A stretch of DNA of 64,000 nt, from contig JABHXA010000001.1 of NCBI GenBank assembly GCA_018657495.1, forward strand, positions 39,832 through 103,831. Direction: 5' to 3'. Origin of the DNA: Fidelibacterota bacterium (GTDB lineage: Bacteria > Fidelibacterota > Marinisomatia > SCGC-AAA003-L08 > JACNLC01). Positions 57,961 through 64,000 of this stretch are shown piece by piece. Below the pieces are notes generated by a model. The model saw only the letters and a program-made list of their open reading frames with translations, made no database searches and was not told the origin of the DNA. Made by a program: the position numbers and the translations under genes. The first letter of the stretch is position 1. Every line of letters starts with the position of its first letter.

Positions 57961-59369
57961 ATCTGACCACCTGATAATGCTGAAATAACCGGCATGAGTT
58001 TTAGCTCAGACTCTTTCCATTCGTTTTCTGGGACTGACTCTGCCATAATACCACCACCAGCAAATACATGCGCCTCTTCCTTGTTAACCAAAGCCGAACG
58101 AAGTGCCACACAAAATTCACCGTCACCATTTTTATCTATCCACCCTACCGGTCCAGAATACCAACCTCGGTCATGGGTTTCATATTGACGAATAATATTC
58201 ATTGCTTTTTCGGTTGGTGTTCCAGCTACGGCCGGTGTGGGATGTAACTGCTGGATCAGATCCAGGATATTTTTACCATTCTCCAGCTTACCTTTAATTT
58301 CTGTCCTGAGATGATGGACATTTTTTAATTTGAGAATCCCCGGTGTATCCTCTACTTCTAAAATCGAAACAAGTGGTTCAAGTTTTCTTCTAATCTGATC
58401 GATGACAAAAGTATGCTCCTCTCTTTCTTTATGGCTGTCCATCAGATTCTCCATAAGCAATCGGTCCTCTTCCATATTTCGTCCCCTACCCATTGTACCG
58501 GCAAGGGCTTCCGTTTTAATCAGGCTGCCCTCTTTATTAATTAGAAGTTCAGGGGTGGAACCAAAGAATATTCCTTCTCCAGGAAAACTGAACATAAAAC
58601 TTGTGCAGCCGTGATAGGTACTTCGTAAAACCTGCAATGCAGATATCGCTTTAAACTTCCCATCCACTCTCACATGATGAGATCTGGAAATAACAACTTT
58701 ATCGACTAATCCAGGTTTAATTTTCTTTAATACCGAGCAAATGGTTTTTTTATAAGAAGGCCAATCTGGATTTTCCCGATACTTATCCACCGGAATATAT
58801 TGGATTGGCGGCAGAGTTACGGGTAATCGATTGGTATAATGAATACAGGTGCGGTAGAATTCTTCAAATAGAGATTTCTGCTTGTCATCTGGTTTAACCA
58901 CCCTGGAAATTATCAATTTACCAGATCCATTCTCATGTACTGCCAAACATTCAGGCAAAATAAATCGTCCGCGCGGGAAATTTGACCAGGTTTTATCCGG
59001 TTTCGCCGATAGGTTAAAAGCATGCCCACCCAGGATAAACGGAGTTGTGTTATCCTCATCGCAGGATACAAAATTATTCATGCATGAGGTGATTTCTTTA
59101 TTGATTTGGTGGAAATCTTTGGAATTACAGAAATTAAAAACCCGGGCGGCACCCAGACCAGCAATGGTAAATTGTTTTGACGGCTGTTCCCAATATATTC
59201 GCGTCACATCTCTATCGGCAGGATGGGTCAATACGGGTAACAGATCATCCGATTCAAAAGGAAACGAACATAACAGTATGATGTCAATGTTTTGGTCCTT
59301 GGATTTTTGAATCGCTTGTTCAACACCACTTTTTATTTTATTTAGAAGAGTTTTCGTTGGCGCAGTCAT
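57957..59369 (-). CDS. menF: Isochorismate synthase
   Basis: Chorismate-binding C-terminal region LHPTPAVAGTP, GWYSGPVGW, VALRSAL, GGGIMAESVPENEWKESELK. 4-nt overlap with menD. Confidence 0.9.
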   Translation of the reverse strand: MTAPTKTLLNKIKSGVEQAIQKSKDQNIDIILLCSFPFESDDLLPVLTHPADRDVTRIYWEQPSKQFTIAGLGAARVFNFCNSKDFHQINKEITSCMNNFVSCDEDNTTPFILGGHAFNLSAKPDKTWSNFPRGRFILPECLAVHENGSGKLIISRVVKPDDKQKSLFEEFYRTCIHYTNRLPVTLPPIQYIPVDKYRENPDWPSYKKTICSVLKKIKPGLVDKVVISRSHHVRVDGKFKAISALQVLRSTYHGCTSFMFSFPGEGIFFGSTPELLINKEGSLIKTEALAGTMGRGRNMEEDRLLMENLMDSHKEREEHTFVIDQIRRKLEPLVSILEVEDTPGILKLKNVHHLRTEIKGKLENGKNILDLIQQLHPTPAVAGTPTEKAMNIIRQYETHDRGWYSGPVGWIDKNGDGEFCVALRSALVNKEEAHVFAGGGIMAESVPENEWKESELKLMPVISALSGGQI

Positions 59370-59465
59370 GTTTATTACTGAAAATTTGACGTAAAATTTA
59401 CACTAAAATTCGCTGTATTTACAGTGGTTTACCAATTCATCTTTAATAAAACATTAATCGGAACT

Positions 59466-60188
59466 ATGACTGAATTCAAACATCAGGGTGCTGAAAAGAA
59501 AAAATATGTCAAAGATATGTTTGATGATATATCTGAAAAATATGATTTTCTTAATCACCTGTTAAGCTTTGGTATTGATTATTATTGGCGATTTCGCCTG
59601 GTGAGATTTATACAACCGCAGGCTGCACAACGTATTCTTGATGTTGCCACCGGGACAGGTGACGTTGGTTTTGCCATCTTAAAAAGAAACAATAACCTAA
59701 ATATTATCGGTTTGGATTATGCCTATAACATGGTGAAAATTGGCTTACAAAAGGCCAAAAAACGAAAAATTCATAACTTTAAGTTTGTTCAAGGTGATGG
59801 TGAACATTTACCATTTAAGGATAATCAGTTTGATACTTTGACCATTGCCTATGGATTTCGAAATATCGGTCATTATGATCTGGCATTAAACGAGTTCTTC
59901 CGTGTATTAAAACCAAACGGAAAACTGGCGATACTTGAGTTTTCAACACCACAATCAAAAATATTTGATATCCTCTATCAATGGTATTTTAAAAATGTTC
60001 TGCCAAGAATTGCCGGTCTTTTCTCACGATCTGATGCATATCGATACCTTCCAGAATCAGTTGAAAACTTTCCCGAAAGACCTGAAATGCTGGAGATGAT
60101 CAGATCCGCTGGGTTTTGTAAACCGGGATGCATCGATTTAACATTTGGAGTGACAAGCATATTTCATGGTTTAAAAACTGAATCATAA
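59466..60188 (+). CDS. menG: Demethylmenaquinone/ubiquinone methyltransferase
   Basis: I prefer ATG 59466 over the GTG at 59424. VKDMFDDISEKYDFLNHLLSFGIDYYWR, SAM motif ILDVATGTGDV, LKPNGKLAILEFS. Confidence 0.9.
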   Translation: MTEFKHQGAEKKKYVKDMFDDISEKYDFLNHLLSFGIDYYWRFRLVRFIQPQAAQRILDVATGTGDVGFAILKRNNNLNIIGLDYAYNMVKIGLQKAKKRKIHNFKFVQGDGEHLPFKDNQFDTLTIAYGFRNIGHYDLALNEFFRVLKPNGKLAILEFSTPQSKIFDILYQWYFKNVLPRIAGLFSRSDAYRYLPESVENFPERPEMLEMIRSAGFCKPGCIDLTFGVTSIFHGLKTES

Positions 60189-60216
60189 ATCAAAAACCCA
60201 TCTTGCTGTTGCCGGA

Positions 60217-61044
60217 ATGATAATAACGACCTTTATTTGGGGAGCAACATTTGTTCTCGTAAAGGATGCCTTGTTAAATATTCCCCCTTTTGCTTTTTCT
60301 GCCTGGCGCTTTCTTATAGCATCCCTAATCTCATTGATAATATTTTTTCGACATTTAAAAGGATTTACAAGGCTGGAGATTATCGGCGGTATTTTTACAG
60401 GTATATTCTTGTTTTCTGGATTTGGATTCCAGACTTTCGGTCTCACTATCACCACAGCCAGTAAATCAGCATTTATAACCAGTATCAGCATTATCATGGT
60501 ACCGGTTATCCTGGTGATGCTCAGAATTCAAAAAGTGCGTATAAAAATTTGGCTTTCCATGATATTGGCCATAATTGGTTTGTTTTTTGTTTTGAATCCC
60601 AGTGGAGATGGGGTAAATAATGGAGATTTATTCACCCTTGGTTGCGCCCTGTCTTTTGCATTGCATATTATTGTTCAAGATAAATATGTTCAGCAGTCAG
60701 TAAACATATATAGATTTTTTATTATTCAGGGATTTACGGTTGCCATTCTATCTTTTGGAAATCATTTTATATTGGAATCCCAGCCCACCGTGTGGTCAAA
60801 TCATTTAGTGATCGTATTAGTTATTACTGCCTTGTTCGCCACCCTTTTTGGATTTACCGTGATGATTGCTGCTCAGAAAATTTTGAGTCCTTCACGTACA
60901 GCTATAATTTTAAGTCTTGAACCTTTGTTTGCCGCCGCCATTGCAATTGTATTTGCCGGTGAATGGCTGTCCCTTTGGGGATGGTTTGGCGGAGTACTCA
61001 TTGTAGCAGGCGTTATCCTGGCAGAATGGGGAGATAAATCTTAA
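60217..61044 (+). CDS. EamA/DMT-superfamily transporter
   Basis: 10-TM pattern with two EamA halves (FIWGATFVLVK...). The first TM is short at this ATG, and no in-frame canonical start lies between the upstream TAA (60187) and 60217. Confidence 0.8.
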   Translation: MIITTFIWGATFVLVKDALLNIPPFAFSAWRFLIASLISLIIFFRHLKGFTRLEIIGGIFTGIFLFSGFGFQTFGLTITTASKSAFITSISIIMVPVILVMLRIQKVRIKIWLSMILAIIGLFFVLNPSGDGVNNGDLFTLGCALSFALHIIVQDKYVQQSVNIYRFFIIQGFTVAILSFGNHFILESQPTVWSNHLVIVLVITALFATLFGFTVMIAAQKILSPSRTAIILSLEPLFAAAIAIVFAGEWLSLWGWFGGVLIVAGVILAEWGDKS

Positions 61045-61083
61045 GAAATCCACTAAGACTTAAAACCAAAATAGAACCTTCAT

Positions 61084-61222
61084 GATGATTGTTATTCACC
61101 ACCTCTAAAAAGTGGTCCGTTCTTAAATCATCATTCGTTAATCAATAATCAATATTCAGTCTAATTCTATAGAAATCCGCATAGGGTGAGAACTAAAGGG
61201 AAACAATCAGGATGATTGTTAT
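61084..61222 (+). repeat. Imperfect ~40-nt direct repeat pair sharing GATGATTGTTAT
   Basis: GATGATTGTTAT at 61084-61095 and 61211-61222, with flanks that also align (GATGATTGTTAT-CA..CCT.T.AAAA..TG). Each copy opens a mini-ORF (MMIVIHHL*, MIVIHFLSKTAIPR*). The second copy is also part of the hairpin AACAATCA-gga-TGATTGTT. Confidence 0.8.
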
Positions 61223-61308
61223 ACATTTCCTATCAAAAACTGCCATACCGAGATAACTAATTCTATTCTCCTATTCCCACTATCTACCTTACCCTAATTG
61301 GACTGGAT

Positions 61309-61340
61309 AAAAAAACGGGAGACATTTCTGTCCCCCGTTT
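61309..61340 (-). terminator. Rho-independent terminator of the cohesin-like surface protein gene
   Basis: Minus-strand RNA: ACGGGGGACA-gaaa-UGUCUCCCGU (10-bp stem with one G-U pair) followed by UUUUUUU. It lies ~30 nt downstream of the stop at 61368. Confidence 0.8.
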
Positions 61341-61367
61341 AAGAGTAAAGTTAGATATTGGGTTTTG

Positions 61368-64000
61368 CTATTTCAGCATAACCATTTTCTTTGTGTCATT
61401 AAATCCATTACCATTTAAAGTATAGATATAGAGACCTGCAGAAACTTCGCTTCCATTGGCATCTTTACCATCCCAAAGAATGCTATGATAACCCTGAGTG
61501 ATGAATTGACCACTAACTAAGGTTCTAATCTGCCGACCAGTAATATCAAATACTGTGAGGCTGATTTTCATATCTGCCGGAATGGTGAAATCTATGGTTG
61601 TGCTTGGATTGAATGGATTAGGATAATTCTGACCCAATTCAAATGTAGTTGGAATCGCATCACCATTTGTAACAACTATGGATCCAGAAGTAAGAGGATT
61701 CATACCAAACCAATTATTATCCAAATCAGCATTGACATACAGTTCTCTATTCTGATTTTGGCTCCATACTCTTAATTCTATTGGATCGCCAGTTTCAAAA
61801 CCAGGTAGTTCAAAACCGTATTCATCAAATGCTTTCCATGCTGCAATTACTAATGGTTTGTTCGCATCAATAATTCTGGTGGCACCAACAACTTCGCCAT
61901 AGGCATATACTGCAACTTCATCACCGGCTTCAATCATTCCATCCATTTCAGTAAGGATTATTGCATAAGCATCACCTGTCTGAACTATATCATATTGCTG
62001 TGATTGGCTGTCCAACTTGTATTGTTCACCAAACTCGTTGTCAGATAATCTGGCACCATTGGCAAGACCTCCACCCATTGGATAGACAAAATCTACCGGA
62101 TTAGGTCCATTCACGAATACTTCATATCCTTCACCAGGTTCGAGATCGGTGAGGGTAAAGATATTCAATGATGGTACATAGAATCCACCTGAATCATCAC
62201 TAATGATTAGGATATCATCGTGATAGCTTCCAAATGCGTCCATGGCTGACATACCTACGGAGAATGGATATCCAAACATGTTTTTCATGAATGGAGACCA
62301 TCCATAAACAGAACCAGCATCCATCATTGGACCTGTCACAGAAACAGTAACTGGTGATTGTCCATTAACAAATACTTTATATCCTTCTGTATTTGATAAA
62401 GTCCCGATACCATCGATGCCATATGCAGGTACATAGAAGTTGCCACTATCATCAGATGCTATGAGGAAATCATCTCCAAGTACAGTATCTGTGCTCATAT
62501 CTTCCGCAGTCACATAGAATGAAATCATATTATTCATAAATGGATTCACAACAATATCCTGTGTTTCTTCACCAGCATCAAATGGATTGGTGAATACAGC
62601 ACATTCAGTTGCGGTGAAATATGGCGATCCTGTTTCGTCTGATACAATTGCTGATGTGAAACAGACATCCGTTTCAGAATCATCAGGAGCATTAACATTC
62701 ATGGTAACGGTGACAACGGCTCCAGAACCGGCAGAAATCACAGATCCATTGAATGAGAATCCAAGGATTCTGAAATTCCCATCCAGTTCACTTCCAGTGA
62801 TATTCCATCCATCTGGTAATCTTGGTGTGCCAGCAGCAGAAGCAAACGAATAATAATCAGGTAAATCCTGAATATCCATCTGGAATCCAGCAACCTGATC
62901 GGTATTATTCATGTGTACTTCAAATGTATTATCTGTAGTCTGAACTAATGAAAGCATGACATCGGGTAATCCGACTTCAATGGTTCCAACATTTGATGTA
63001 TAGAACATGCTTTGTCCGATTTCATTGGAGAATACAGACAGTTCAGGATTCATAAATAATTCGGCAGTACCATTTGGTGCATCTTCATTTACTTGATACG
63101 TAACCGTGAATAATTCCCCTGCACCTGGTTCGATTGGAACCAATGTGAGGCTAAACCAAAGGGCGGTAAGCTCACCATTATTGTCGCTGAAACTAAAGAA
63201 TGCTGGTTCAGGTATTCGACCAGAAGGAACAACGTCAACAGCTGTTACAGATTCTGGTAGATCACCCAGGTGCAATTCAAATCCATAAATAGGATCGTCA
63301 TTATCAATATCAACATAGATATCGACCATACCACCCTGATCAACAGCCTCTGTTGCGCTGGAGATCATCACTTCGATACCATCTGGTACTAATGTGACTG
63401 TTCCGCAGCCGGGGGTAACACCATAACCAATACCATTTTCATCAGAAATAACTTCATTGGCAGTACATAGTGAGACTTCAGCAGGTTGTCCAACCATGGT
63501 AGTGCTGAAGGTAATTTCAAAGATCGAGCCTTCTCCTGCAGCAATGGTTGTACCTGTGAATGAGAAGCCAAGAATTCTAGAAACACCATCATTCATCTCA
63601 GAGGTTGAAAGTGCCCAGTCTCCTGGTACCCTGGCAGAACCTTCTACAGAGTCAATCACCAGATAATCAGGTACATCAATTAGATCAACCTGAACACCGC
63701 CAACGAGACCGTCATTGGTCATTGAAAGTGTGACCGTAACATTTTCGCCGGCATTTGCAGTAGCATCAGATAATGACATCAAGACAGAGCCCATAGGTGT
63801 TGCAGATGCTTCGTTTGAATCTTGTGATTCAACACCACCAGAGTAAAGCGCTGTAACCACATAATAGTATGTGGTGCCATTTGTTACACCTGTATCTGTG
63901 TATTCAGTAACAGAAGGGTCAGTAGTTTCAATAACCGAGTAACCGGAGCCTGAAACCAGAGAGCGATAGACATTGTACCCTGTGAGATCACGGGTATTAC
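61368..64000 (-). CDS. Large surface protein, 5'-truncated by the window edge: FN3-like end + 3 cohesin-like modules + tandem beta-domains + T9SS type-A C-terminal sorting domain
   Basis: The frame stays open upstream of the GTG at 63860 to nt 64000 (...TGVTNGTTYYYVVTALYSGG, an FN3-type end). Three ~130-aa modules share the pattern (V/I)xLSL...G..V.V......V.G(V/F)Q(V/M)D(L/I).D(V/L)PDY...GFSF.G..I.AG.G. Two tandem repeats follow (FLIASDDSGNFYVPAYGI / ILIISDDSGGFYVPSLNI). The C-terminus NYPNPFNPSTTIDFTIP...LTVFDITGRQIRTL...GYHSILWDGKDANGSEVSAGLYIYTL matches the T9SS sorting domain. Confidence 0.8.
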   Translation of the reverse strand, partial: NTRDLTGYNVYRSLVSGSGYSVIETTDPSVTEYTDTGVTNGTTYYYVVTALYSGGVESQDSNEASATPMGSVLMSLSDATANAGENVTVTLSMTNDGLVGGVQVDLIDVPDYLVIDSVEGSARVPGDWALSTSEMNDGVSRILGFSFTGTTIAAGEGSIFEITFSTTMVGQPAEVSLCTANEVISDENGIGYGVTPGCGTVTLVPDGIEVMISSATEAVDQGGMVDIYVDIDNDDPIYGFELHLGDLPESVTAVDVVPSGRIPEPAFFSFSDNNGELTALWFSLTLVPIEPGAGELFTVTYQVNEDAPNGTAELFMNPELSVFSNEIGQSMFYTSNVGTIEVGLPDVMLSLVQTTDNTFEVHMNNTDQVAGFQMDIQDLPDYYSFASAAGTPRLPDGWNITGSELDGNFRILGFSFNGSVISAGSGAVVTVTMNVNAPDDSETDVCFTSAIVSDETGSPYFTATECAVFTNPFDAGEETQDIVVNPFMNNMISFYVTAEDMSTDTVLGDDFLIASDDSGNFYVPAYGIDGIGTLSNTEGYKVFVNGQSPVTVSVTGPMMDAGSVYGWSPFMKNMFGYPFSVGMSAMDAFGSYHDDILIISDDSGGFYVPSLNIFTLTDLEPGEGYEVFVNGPNPVDFVYPMGGGLANGARLSDNEFGEQYKLDSQSQQYDIVQTGDAYAIILTEMDGMIEAGDEVAVYAYGEVVGATRIIDANKPLVIAAWKAFDEYGFELPGFETGDPIELRVWSQNQNRELYVNADLDNNWFGMNPLTSGSIVVTNGDAIPTTFELGQNYPNPFNPSTTIDFTIPADMKISLTVFDITGRQIRTLVSGQFITQGYHSILWDGKDANGSEVSAGLYIYTLNGNGFNDTKKMVMLK

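Noticed and set aside
1-64000. Global reassignment of TGA (genetic code 4 or 25) as an explanation for the in-frame TGA
   Set aside because: TGA terminates several well-conserved genes at their expected C-termini, for example 2047-2049, accC at 11960-11962 and nrdJ at 32859-32861. TGA is therefore a normal stop in this genome.
1-64000. CRISPR arrays, tRNA/rRNA genes, transposases, integrases, prophage or defence-island signatures
   Set aside because: Reading all intergenic regions longer than 100 nt revealed no repeat-spacer periodicity and no tRNA-like GTTCGAATC T-arm motifs. No ORF carries DDE/tyrosine-recombinase, restriction, toxin-antitoxin or phage structural motifs. The window looks like core chromosome.

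Overview
Visibly AT-rich, densely packed chromosomal segment (about 60 CDS, many with 1-4 nt ATGA/GTGA overlaps) from a Gram-negative bacterium. It is probably an uncultivated FCB-superphylum lineage. That placement is inferred only from a type-A T9SS C-terminal sorting domain, abundant lipoproteins and a sigma-54 regulator. All product calls rest on motifs I recognise in the supplied translations; no database search was possible. I found no rRNA, tRNA, CRISPR array, transposase or integrase.

Content in order:
- a 5'-truncated M4-peptidase/FG-GAP/dockerin protein
- a sigma-54 two-component system followed by outer-membrane barrels and lipoproteins
- a biotin/B12/CoA cluster (accC, BCCP, split methylmalonyl-CoA mutase, birA, coaX)
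- trxA, a 5'-nucleotidase, and an ECF sigma/anti-sigma/NifX-like operon
- pepF and an NSS symporter
- a serA-serC-folA-thyA block divergent from a split class II ribonucleotide reductase
- a pip/transglutaminase-like/ABC exporter operon
- carA and carB separated by an inserted ABC transporter
- menF-menD-menH with divergent menG
- a 5'-truncated surface protein with three cohesin-like modules and a T9SS tail

The strongest finding is a single in-frame TGA (23057..23055, minus strand). It joins two called ORFs into one thioredoxin-fold/TPR lipoprotein. The TGA falls exactly on the first Cys of the CxxC redox motif, giving U-V-W-C, and a hairpin follows immediately. This points to a selenocysteine-encoding gene that ORF callers split or label a pseudogene. 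The second is a dockerin at one end of the window and a cohesin-like, T9SS-anchored protein at the other, which suggests non-cellulosomal surface display of a protease.
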